Positions 39,521 through 48,472 of a stretch of DNA of 64,000 bases are shown here, in pieces. This DNA comes from Actinomycetota bacterium. Lineage in GTDB: Bacteria; Actinomycetota; Thermoleophilia; Solirubrobacterales; Solirubrobacteraceae. The stretch lies in the NCBI GenBank assembly GCA_005884115.1, contig VAXW01000004.1, positions 290,898 through 354,897 of the forward strand, given 5' to 3'. The translations under genes were made by a program, and so were the position numbers. The number at the start of each line of letters is the position of its first letter. The stretch's first letter is position 1. The notes below the pieces were generated by a model, which made no database searches, was not told where the DNA came from, and was given only the letters and a program-made list of their open reading frames with translations.

Positions 39521-41917
39521 TCATCGCGCTTGCGCCTCGGCCCACCACCGCGAGTTCGGGGCGAAAGCCGGGAGGTGAGCGCCGCTCGTGGTCGCGCCGC
39601 GTCTGCTGCTCCGTGGGATCGTCCGTACTTCTGCGACGCCACGCGGGAACGTCTGAAGTGAGCTGCCGGTAGCTTCCGGACAGGAGGGTCGGGGGCCGCC
39701 TGGCACTTCCACCACGACTGGGTTCGAGGGCAGCGTGCGCGGCGCTTCACCCGGCGCGGTTCCGGTGACGGTGGCCACGTTGACGTAGGCGCCAGGGCAT
39801 GTAAGGACGTGGTTGCATGCGTACGTGGTAGCTTCGCCGGACGCCAGCGGCACTTCCCCGCGACCGCCGGCGATCGTGCCGGGGTCGCACATTGCGTCGG
39901 TGAAGTTCGACAACCTCAGCGCCGCGAGGCCGGTGTTCCTGACGACGATCTCGTATTCCACCGTCTGTTCGATCGCCCCCGTCAGCGTTTCCGTCGTGTA
40001 GCCGGCTTCGGTTTCGGCGATCCGTTGCAGCTTTTCGACCGTGAACGCATGTTCACCCCCAGAGGCAGTGCCCTGAACGGTTGCCATGGCGGTTGCCGTG
40101 GCTGGCGTCGTACCCGGAGCCCCAATCACGTTCAAGGTGAACGTGTAGGTCCGCGGAGATTCGCTCCCGTTCGCGGGGAGGCTGACCAGGAACGAGGCCG
40201 CGCCGCTGGCGCAGTTCGTCGATATCGGCAGGCCAGCAGTAGCCGGAGTCGCGCTGAGTTCACACGTCGTCGCGTTTTCGACGTTTGCGGTCAGGGTGAT
40301 CTGCCCACCGCCTGGCCCCAGTGTGCTCGGGGTTGCCTTGAAGGAACCTGACACAACTCTCGGTGCCAGGGGAACAGGTCCGCTGAACGGACCACCTGCA
40401 TCAGCAATCCGAAAGATGTGCCCGTAAAGGGTGAGCTTGCCGCTCTTTAGATCGAGTGTCGGTGCCGTGAGAGACCCTTGGATCTCGAGAGGTGATCGGA
40501 GGGTCCACCACGGGTTACTCGTGGTGTCAGCCTTGAAGTCGAGTCCTGTGGTCAGGCTCAGCTGCGGCCCTGCGACACCGTATAGGAGTGCTTGCAAGGC
40601 CGGTTCGAGGTGTGCGGCAGCGCCTGCATCTGAGCTGACCATCGGCGGGGTGAAACCGAAGCTCGTGTTGGGCCCGCTAAAGACGGGTGAGAACCTACCC
40701 TTGGAGTAGCGAACCCCACCAGCAATCGACGCGCTTGCCTCCAGGCTGCTGGTAGCGTCGGCGCTCGCGTCGATGGTGGCGTCAACGTAGAGCTGGCCCT
40801 GCAACGTGACCACGACGGGGATCAGGCCGATCGTGCCAACAAACGTCGCGATGCGCAGCGGATGCGCAAGCACGGGCGTGCTCTTGAGATCGCACCCAGC
40901 GCTAGCGTGCAGTTCGGCGCTGAGTGACGCGCTCGCGGTGCCGGTCAACAAGAATTCGGCCGAGGTAAGCCCGCCGAAGATCGAAAAGTGCGCGTGCAGC
41001 GACGGCGTGACCCCGATCGAGGCGGACCCTTTCAGAGCTGCCGAGGCGCCAGCCGTGCACGAGACGCCTCTGCTCAGACCGGGGTTGAACGTGGCGCCCG
41101 TGCGCGCTGCCGGCCTCGCAGCCCGGCTCGATGATGCGTGCGAGACCTGCTTGAAGCGGGCGAGATCGAGATCTCCACCGTTGCTGCCGAGAGCTTCCGC
41201 GAGCGTCGCGGGTACGGTGGTGATGACGATGGTGCAAGGAGGCTTCGCGTTGACAAAGTCGATCTTCGTAAGCGAGCCCTCTGGAGTCGAGGGGCTGTAT
41301 CCGATCGCGAGGATTTGGCCGACCCGGGGCGGGCTGCTTAGCGCCGGGCAGGCAGCGATGCTTCTCCGCGCGCTGGACCCTGGCGCTCGCGCGTGGAGCA
41401 CAACCCGTCCGGGCTGCCCTGGAGGCGGGAAAGAGACCACGGTGCTCGGTGCGACAACCAAAGGGGGCGGTCCCAGCGTGACGCGCGCTGCCCTCGACGC
41501 GACGACGAGGCGTCCCGCTTTCTGGAGCAGCACGCGGAGGGTTACATTCCCGGTGTGGCTGGGCGCGTGCCAAGGGAGCGAGAACGAAGTGCCGATCACG
41601 TGGACACGCATGCGCTTCCTCCAGGTTCGGTGTCGACGTTCCTGCAGGGCAACTGCTAGGCCCCTGCCCGAGTGCTGGATGCGACCGGGAAGCCTCACCG
41701 TCGAACCCGTGAACGCGCGTTGCGGGATCGACACCAGCAACCTAGGGTGCGTCACCGCTTGCGCGTGCGTCGGGGCAGCAACCAGGACGCCGACAGTGAT
41801 CGCGGCTAGGACGGTAACACGCCCTCGCCATATCGACACCTCTCCGCTCCGTGCCGCTACTCCGGCGCCGGACCGCACGGATGAGATTGGTTGCGAAGCT
41901 GACACACCATGAGACAT
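39521..41917 (-). CDS. Large secreted beta-rich/Ig-like surface protein
   Basis: ~800-aa ORF with signal peptide (AxA at HAQA) and C-terminal VEKLQR..VEYEIVVRNTG..YVNVATVTG module. Confidence 0.7.
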   Translation of the reverse strand: MSHGVSASQPISSVRSGAGVAARSGEVSIWRGRVTVLAAITVGVLVAAPTHAQAVTHPRLLVSIPQRAFTGSTVRLPGRIQHSGRGLAVALQERRHRTWRKRMRVHVIGTSFSLPWHAPSHTGNVTLRVLLQKAGRLVVASRAARVTLGPPPLVVAPSTVVSFPPPGQPGRVVLHARAPGSSARRSIAACPALSSPPRVGQILAIGYSPSTPEGSLTKIDFVNAKPPCTIVITTVPATLAEALGSNGGDLDLARFKQVSHASSSRAARPAARTGATFNPGLSRGVSCTAGASAALKGSASIGVTPSLHAHFSIFGGLTSAEFLLTGTASASLSAELHASAGCDLKSTPVLAHPLRIATFVGTIGLIPVVVTLQGQLYVDATIDASADATSSLEASASIAGGVRYSKGRFSPVFSGPNTSFGFTPPMVSSDAGAAAHLEPALQALLYGVAGPQLSLTTGLDFKADTTSNPWWTLRSPLEIQGSLTAPTLDLKSGKLTLYGHIFRIADAGGPFSGPVPLAPRVVSGSFKATPSTLGPGGGQITLTANVENATTCELSATPATAGLPISTNCASGAASFLVSLPANGSESPRTYTFTLNVIGAPGTTPATATAMATVQGTASGGEHAFTVEKLQRIAETEAGYTTETLTGAIEQTVEYEIVVRNTGLAALRLSNFTDAMCDPGTIAGGRGEVPLASGEATTYACNHVLTCPGAYVNVATVTGTAPGEAPRTLPSNPVVVEVPGGPRPSCPEATGSSLQTFPRGVAEVRTIPRSSRRGATTSGAHLPAFAPNSRWWAEAQAR

Positions 41918-42543
41918 GCCGGCGTATCGTAGTCTGCGCGGGTTCACAACGGGCTCCTACGTTGACTCCTCCATCAAGGCCACGGAGCGCCTTCTTGATG
42001 CCCATTGGGCCTGCCGACCGAGGCGAGGTAGCGATCGTTGCCGGTCGCACCTGCCGGGGGACCGCAGGGATCGACTCTCGCCCCTGGGTAGCGCCCGCTT
42101 ATACATGCCGCCATGTCGCGACGGGCGCCTCACCGATCGCAGACGTCGGCCTGTCCAAGTTAGGGCCGTATCAGGGGCCACCAACGTGCGCCAGTCCACA
42201 TCGTGGTCGGTCTTGCTCGCGACGTTCCACTGACTGCTGACAAGGGGATCGCCCCCGGTCCCACTGTATGCTGCGCGCGATGTCTAGTCTCGACTCCTGT
42301 CTGGTGAAGTACCTAGAACGGGAAGCCCACATGTCGCATGCGGACGTTCTCGCCGTGGAGGCGAAGAAGCTCGGCAACCACGAGCAGTTGAAGGGATTCA
42401 TCCGGGAGCTACGAAAGGGCGACATAGACCCGGATGAGATTGAGAGCGTCGAGATGTGGTACGAGAGCCTCGCCATCGTTTATCGGCCACGATTGGATGG
42501 TCGGCTCATCAAGTGGATAGGACCTGACGGTTCTGGGCTGGCG

Positions 42544-43284
42544 ATGCTTGGCGTTACCGCGCTCGTAGGGTGCGGCGGATCGAGCAGGGTGTCGAGCACG
42601 GAAAACGCTGGAGGGGCGCCAAGGCAGTCCGTATCCAAGGGCACCTATCAAGACCTGAGGGAAGCCGAGGAACGCCTGTACCCGGGTCAGCCGCTGCTCG
42701 GCAAGGCTTGGCTTGCAACAAGATTGCACATGCTGGTCGAGTTCAGCAAGGAGTTCAGATCAGCACAGCCAAACGACACCGCCTGCGGCACGCTTCACAC
42801 ACTCACCGAAGGAGCGCTATATGTTCAGTGCGAAACCCGGTGGGAATATGAAGGAGAACAGTACACGACGCGACGTTGGGTGACAGTCAGTCCGAACCGT
42901 AATGTGAGTGTAGAAGCCGTCGCTCAAGGACCAACGACTTCTCCGAGCGGTCGCATACCGGAACCCGATACGCGTAGCGCGCCAGAAACCGCGACCCCTA
43001 CTACTCCGCACGAAAGCACAACATCGGGCAATTGCGGATCATTACCAGAAACCTCGACGGCGGATGGGATCCGCTCGATCAATGCGGTCGGCACCGACTG
43101 CCCGTCAGCGCGGGCGGTTACGGCAAGCTCGCTCGACCGATGTTCGAGGTCTTCCTCCGGGGCGTGCAGCGTTCAGTCGTGGTCGTGCAAGACGCATGCA
43201 TTGACGGAAGACGAAGGCAAGCTCGAAGGCGTCTGCACCCGACCGGGCATGCGCATCACCTGGGTTACTGTGGGCGCCCGTTAG
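42544..43284 (+). CDS. Putative lipoprotein (ORF is open from 42268; start uncertain)
   Basis: Lipobox LVGC-GG; Cys-rich C-terminal domain; lower GC. Confidence 0.55.
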   Translation: MLGVTALVGCGGSSRVSSTENAGGAPRQSVSKGTYQDLREAEERLYPGQPLLGKAWLATRLHMLVEFSKEFRSAQPNDTACGTLHTLTEGALYVQCETRWEYEGEQYTTRRWVTVSPNRNVSVEAVAQGPTTSPSGRIPEPDTRSAPETATPTTPHESTTSGNCGSLPETSTADGIRSINAVGTDCPSARAVTASSLDRCSRSSSGACSVQSWSCKTHALTEDEGKLEGVCTRPGMRITWVTVGAR

Positions 43285-43918
43285 TCGAGACGGACCGCGA
43301 TCGGAGGCCAGGAAGTAGACGGATCAGCCGTTGGAATACGCCGTCTGCTGTTCTAACGAAGAGAACAGTTCTAGATGGGCTCATATGGAGGGGCGTTTGT
43401 CAAGGGGCAGCGGTGATCGGCCGGCGGGTGTTGGCGCGGAGGCCCGTGCTCGAGCAGGCCGGTTCCTGGCCGGCCGAACCGACGAGCCGTCAGCCCTGCC
43501 GGCGGCCGATGCGCGTGGATGAGAAACACCGCTCCCCCCTTTTGTCTCCGTACGTGCGGCATGCGGCCTCCAAAGAGACGCTCGTGCGCCAGGTGCCCCG
43601 CTGCTCGGGCGCGGGTTCTAGCCCAGACGCGTCCTTTGATAGAGGCCGAGGCCGAGGACTTCGCACGCTCCGCGCCCGACGCACAGCGGGCGCGCTCTGG
43701 CCGCGACCGCGGCGTTGTCTGAATCCCACGGAGCCCGATGTGCGTAACGCCCTGTCCGAATACGGACCGACGCCGGGAGTCCGGAACGAACCGCGAACCG
43801 CTTTCACGAAAGAGGCACGCGCGCCGGACACGGCGCAGTCACGACACGGCGCGCGACGGGCGCGAGCTCGACATTGCCGGGGGCGGGGGGGGCGGATTGT
43901 CTCCCGCGCCCCGCCGGC

Positions 43919-45070
43919 TCACCCGTCGCTCGTCCCTCCCAGCAGTCCACCGTAGTCGGTCTCCAGCTGATCCCGCGCGTCCTTGGCGTGGCGCTGTGCG
44001 TCGAACAGATGCACGTACGTATCCCAGGTCGTCGAGGTCTTCGTGTGCCCGAGCTGGCGGGAGACGAATTGCACATCGCGGCCCTGCGCGATCAGGATGG
44101 AGGCGAACGTGTGGCGCAGGGCGTGGAAGGTCACGTCCCCCAGGCCCGCGCCATCCCTAGCCCTGTGGAAGACGTTAAGCAGGCCCTTGTACGTCATCGG
44201 CTTCCGTGGCGTGGAGCTCTGGAAGATGAAATCGCTGTCCGTCGAGTACCGCTCCGCGAGACGGCGACGGCGCAGCAGCTTGCCGAGGGCGTCCATGAGC
44301 ACGATGTCGCGCTTGGCGGCCTTCGTCTTCAGCGGCACGCGCTTGCCCTGGCGGCTCAGCTGAAAGCGCGCGCGGATCACGCCCTCTGTGAAGTCGACGT
44401 CGCCCCACTTGAGCGCGAGGACCTCCATCACCCGCAGCCCTGTGAAGAGCGCGGTTGCGATCAGCGCATGGGCGCTGCCGGCGTGCTCGAGCAGGGCGTC
44501 CATCTCCTCGCGCGAGAGAAACCGCTGGCGAGCCTCGCCGGCACCGGGGCGCTCGCGCGGCAGCAGCTTGTCGGCGGGGCTCGCGGCGATCATGCCGTGG
44601 CGGGCCGCGTAGGCGAGAACACCCCTGACGGCCATCCAGCGGGCGCGGATCGTCCACACCGACGCCCCGGCGGCTCGCTGCTTGCGATGCCACTCCACGA
44701 GATCGTCAGTCGTGAGCGAGCGGATGCGCCGGTGGCCGTAGTCGGGGATCAGGTGCAGCATCACCCCGGTCTTGTAGGACTCAAGCGTGCGCCCGCGCAG
44801 CTCGCCTATTTCCACGAGACGCTCGACGTACTCAAGCCACGCAAGGGCCACCTCCTTGACCGTCTCGCGGCCGCCGCGCGCCTGAACGCCGCCGGAGCGC
44901 ACCTCGACGACCCAGGCGTCGCGCCGGCTGCGGGCCTCCATCAGCCCGACCTCGCCGATCGTTTTCCACCTCACGGTGCGCGAGCCCGGCGGCGTCGCGC
45001 ACGCTAGGTAGGTCTTGCCCGCCCGGTACAGGCCGCGCTCGATACGTTTTGCCTTCTGCTTGCGCGCCAT
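43919..45070 (-). CDS. int: Tyrosine recombinase/phage integrase
   Basis: TGLRVME (R), LKTK (K), FHALRHT (HxxR), LGH and TYVH (Y) all intact. Confidence 0.95.
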   Translation of the reverse strand: MARKQKAKRIERGLYRAGKTYLACATPPGSRTVRWKTIGEVGLMEARSRRDAWVVEVRSGGVQARGGRETVKEVALAWLEYVERLVEIGELRGRTLESYKTGVMLHLIPDYGHRRIRSLTTDDLVEWHRKQRAAGASVWTIRARWMAVRGVLAYAARHGMIAASPADKLLPRERPGAGEARQRFLSREEMDALLEHAGSAHALIATALFTGLRVMEVLALKWGDVDFTEGVIRARFQLSRQGKRVPLKTKAAKRDIVLMDALGKLLRRRRLAERYSTDSDFIFQSSTPRKPMTYKGLLNVFHRARDGAGLGDVTFHALRHTFASILIAQGRDVQFVSRQLGHTKTSTTWDTYVHLFDAQRHAKDARDQLETDYGGLLGGTSDG

Positions 45071-45372
45071 CAGCTCGCCCTCCGCAGCATCGCAGGAGAC
45101 GATATGCCCGGCCTGCGATGGGATTGCGAGAGCGCCGCGTCGAGCTCGTGGCGGTGGTAGACCTTGCGCTTACCCCCGTGCGGCGTGAAGGTTCCGGCAG
45201 CGCTCAGCTTGCGAAACGTACCGGCAGGGACCTTCGTGTACTCGACCGCTTCCTCGAAGGTCATCCACGGCGAAGCACCCGACAGCGCGGGCACGCCAAG
45301 CCGCTCCGCCAGTCGCGGAGCGAGCCTGTCCGCAAGCGCATCGAAGAAGGCGTCGGGGAGCTCGAGCGTCAC
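45070..45372 (-). CDS. xis: Excisionase-like HTH protein
   Basis: WMTFEEAVEYTKVPAGTFRKL...YHRHELDAAL; GGGAGG RBS; stop overlaps the int start. Confidence 0.75.
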   Translation of the reverse strand: MTLELPDAFFDALADRLAPRLAERLGVPALSGASPWMTFEEAVEYTKVPAGTFRKLSAAGTFTPHGGKRKVYHRHELDAALSQSHRRPGISSPAMLRRAS

Positions 45373-46051
45373 TAGCGCCTCCCGACCGCGACGCGCCCGA
45401 GGCATCGCCGCGCCGAGCGCGGGCGGCGCGCACCCCGCGCGACGCGTGGTCCGGCTGCTGACTGCTCGCGGTTCGTTTTGGCCTGCCTGTTCATGGGTGA
45501 AGGCATCGTTTGAGCTCGCTGAGTGATAAGCCGATCTGTCTGCGCTGCGCACAAGCGAGTTCGCGCACTCCCCGCTGCTGGGACGAGAGCAGCGAGCGAG
45601 AGGCATCGACGCACGGCCCGCGCTCGAGATTGCGTTCGCATCCCCTCTGTGATTCAGCGTAAGGTGGAGCGACGTCGTGCGAGCGCTCGGCGACCTCGCG
45701 TGCGAGCGTGCGATCGAGCATGGCTCCTCCAGTGGGTTGGGGCTCCTTTGAGCAGGTGGGCACCTGCCCACCTGATTGCTCGCCTCAGCAGGTCGCGGAG
45801 GAGCCGTCAAGCAAGTTCACTAGTGACTGCCGTGCCCCGCCGCAGGCGGGGAGCCGAACTTGCTTTACGGGGGGGAGCGACCTGCTAGCGCAACCAGACG
45901 CCCCGGGGCGCGCGCATGCCGAGGTCGTAACTGCAATCGGTGCCGGCAACCTGCGGGCCACATGCATCATCGAATGGCGCGAGCGCTCCGTCGTCGGCCG
46001 TATTCAGGCTGTGTGCGGCGCGATGATGCGCGCTACGACGGCTTGCGAAGG

Positions 46052-46510
46052 TCAACCCGCGAGTATGAACGCTTTTCTGTTGGCGGGTCCCTCGATGACT
46101 CGAACGACGCGCTTCTTCGTAAGCGATCGGACAGCAGCATGCACGGTCGCGGGTGCCAAGCCGCTCGCGTCTGCGATCTGTCGGGCCGTCAGCGGCGCGT
46201 CGAGCGTCGCCTGCTCGCGCAGAGCTTTCAGGATTGCGGTCTGATTGGCGCCCCTGGGCTTGCGAGTGGAGCGCGAGCGCTTGCGCTCTGAGGTCGGCCG
46301 TGGGACCGAGCGTCGGTTGCTCGCAGGCGAGGACTTGCGGCGACGACCGCGCCGCGCTCGTCCATTTCCGGCGGAGGCGCGGGGGGCAGAATCGCCAAGC
46401 AGCCGCTCCGCCGCCTCGATCGCGGCGTATTCCTGCACCCGCGGGAGCAGCTCGCGAAGGCGCGCGTCGATTTCTGCGCGAATGCGATCGAGTGTGTCTG
46501 CCCTTGCCAC
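46052..46510 (-). CDS. Coiled-coil + basic linker + winged-HTH DNA-binding protein
   Basis: LDRIRAEIDARLREL; RGANQTAILKAL..LTARQIADASGLAPATVHAAVRSL. Confidence 0.75.
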   Translation of the reverse strand: MARADTLDRIRAEIDARLRELLPRVQEYAAIEAAERLLGDSAPRASAGNGRARRGRRRKSSPASNRRSVPRPTSERKRSRSTRKPRGANQTAILKALREQATLDAPLTARQIADASGLAPATVHAAVRSLTKKRVVRVIEGPANRKAFILAG

Positions 46511-46638
46511 CTAGATCTCCCTCTCGTTCGCCGACCCTGTGCGTGGGTGAACCTAGCATGATTGGTGGGCTGTGCGATAGCTGTGAATCCAGGTGAAAGG
46601 GCCGCGTCCCACACTCGGGCGGGCCGGGGCCCGTCCTG

Positions 46639-47037
46639 CTATGCGGCCGCGGGAACCTCCTCGGGTTGCTCCACGGGGGAGCCGCTCTCGCGCGGCGGGC
46701 GGTCCAGGAACTCGACCGCGCTCGCGATGATCGCCATGCCGCGCCGCTTGGCGCCGTCGGGCGCCTCCCAGGCGTTCGGTTCAAGCCGCGCCGACACCGC
46801 GACGAGGCGGCCCTTGCGCAGATGCGCCGCGCAGGTCTCGGCGAGCGGGCCCCACACGGTCACGTCGAAGAAGTCTGCCGTCGGGGTGTCCTCGTCGGGC
46901 TTGATCGGCTTGCGCACGGCGAGGCCGAGCGTCAGCACCGACCTCGCGCCTGCGCTCGTCGAGACGGTGCGCAGCTCCGGGTCGCGCGTCAGCCTGCCCA
47001 CGAGCGTGGCGCAGTTGCTGGGGGATGAATATGCCAT
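46639..47037 (-). CDS. ssb: Single-stranded DNA-binding protein
   Basis: LVGRLTRDPELR, FFDVTVWG, HLRKGRLVAV, VEFLD; AGGAGAGG RBS. Confidence 0.92.
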   Translation of the reverse strand: MAYSSPSNCATLVGRLTRDPELRTVSTSAGARSVLTLGLAVRKPIKPDEDTPTADFFDVTVWGPLAETCAAHLRKGRLVAVSARLEPNAWEAPDGAKRRGMAIIASAVEFLDRPPRESGSPVEQPEEVPAAA

Positions 47038-47383
47038 TGCGTCCTCTCCTGCGTTGGATGGTGGTTTGGGTTGACGAGCCCCGAGCCGGCCGGCGACCGC
47101 CGCGCGGAACCGAGCCCGCAGGGCGAGGGGAGCCCCCTGCGGGTTGCAGCGCCGAGGCGGCGCCGGCCAAACTCGGGTGAGGAGACAGAGCGCAAACCAC
47201 CACCGCCGCAGTGAGTGGGCCGACGAAATGGCCTCGCCGCACAGCGACGAGCGGGTCGGCCCAGGCAGCGATGTGGCAAGGGTCAGCGCCATGTCATGAG
47301 CGCCGCCGATCCCGGCGGGGAGGACCGAAAGGGCGACACTCCTAAGCCGGGCTGGGGGGCGGTCGCGCAAACGATCTCAGTCG

Positions 47384-48283
47384 CTACGCGGCCAGCGCAG
47401 CCTCGTCCGCCGAAGCCTGTGAGTGCGAGCGCAGGCTGTCCTCGATGCGCCTGGCGATCTGATCGATCGCCTCCGCGCAGCCGCGGATGGCATCCAGGTT
47501 GCCGTCCTCGCCCCAGCCGGCGACGTAGGGAACCGTGGAGGCGGACGTGTCGAGGCCGAGCGAGCCGCAGACGATGTAGGTGACGGTGTCGACGATCACC
47601 TCGGCGCGGCGGCGCCCGTGCTCGCGATAGCCGATGCCGAGCGCGTGTGCCAGCTCGTGCACGAGCACCCGGACCTGGGCGTTGCCGGGAAGCTCGCCGT
47701 TGATCACGATCTCCTTATTGGACTGATCGCACCAGCCGTCGGCGGAGCCTTCGAGCGGCCCGCGCGACACGCCGTAGCCGAGCTCGTCGGCGAGGCGCTG
47801 CAGCGGAAGGAGCAGGTGCGCGTGGCTGTCGCCGTCGATCGGCTCAGAGGGGGGCTCGAGCGGGACCGGCTCGGTACCCGGCAGCGGCTCGGTCTGGGAG
47901 ACGTCGAAGACCGAGACCGCACGGAAGACGATGCGCCTGGGCTCATCGGCGTGATTCCCGGCGTGCTCGGAAGCCCGCTCCGCGCCGCGGTCGCGCACGC
48001 TCATCGGCGCGAGGATGCGGATCGCGCGCTCGCCCCTGCGCACGCAGCGGTTCAGCTGAAGGAACGCGCGGAAGCCCGCGACGTAGCTCGCGTCGGGATT
48101 CTGCAGGGCGATCAGCAGCTGATTGCCGAACGAGTAGCGCGCGAGGCCGTTGCGCGAGCGCACCTGCACCCAGCGCTGCCATCCCTCGCTGCTCAAGAGC
48201 GCACGCGCCGCGTGCTCCAAGCGCTCGCGGTCGGCACGGCGGCGCTCTGCGCGCTGTGACTCGGTCAGTTTGCGATAACCCAT
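47384..48283 (-). CDS. ardC: ArdC-like ssDNA-binding/antirestriction protein with zincin motif
   Basis: YSFGNQLLIALQ, VRRGERAIRILAP, VFDVSQT, LVHELAH, AEVIVD. Confidence 0.85.
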   Translation of the reverse strand: MGYRKLTESQRAERRRADRERLEHAARALLSSEGWQRWVQVRSRNGLARYSFGNQLLIALQNPDASYVAGFRAFLQLNRCVRRGERAIRILAPMSVRDRGAERASEHAGNHADEPRRIVFRAVSVFDVSQTEPLPGTEPVPLEPPSEPIDGDSHAHLLLPLQRLADELGYGVSRGPLEGSADGWCDQSNKEIVINGELPGNAQVRVLVHELAHALGIGYREHGRRRAEVIVDTVTYIVCGSLGLDTSASTVPYVAGWGEDGNLDAIRGCAEAIDQIARRIEDSLRSHSQASADEAALAA

Positions 48284-48472
48284 CGTTCACCGTCCTTTGG
48301 TTGGCCGGCACCGCCCTGTGCGGGGCCGTCTCCCCGACCCCGCGCACGCGCAGCGTGCGACCGTTGGGAGGGGACAGGCCCCGCCTGAGGAGGGTTCAAG
48401 CGGCGGAGCCGCGGGGCCGACGCCTTCCCCCCGAGCCCGGCCCCTTGACCCTGGCTGGTGTGCTCGGACCCG

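Noticed and set aside
42268-42543. N-terminal part of the 338-aa ORF as a genuine domain fusion
   Set aside because: An internal lipoprotein signal suggests the real gene starts later; the upstream part is probably a fused remnant.
43721-43737. GAATCCCACGGAGCCCG as a tRNA 3'-end att core for the integrase
   Set aside because: No T-stem 5' strand or TTC and no second copy found; too short to support.
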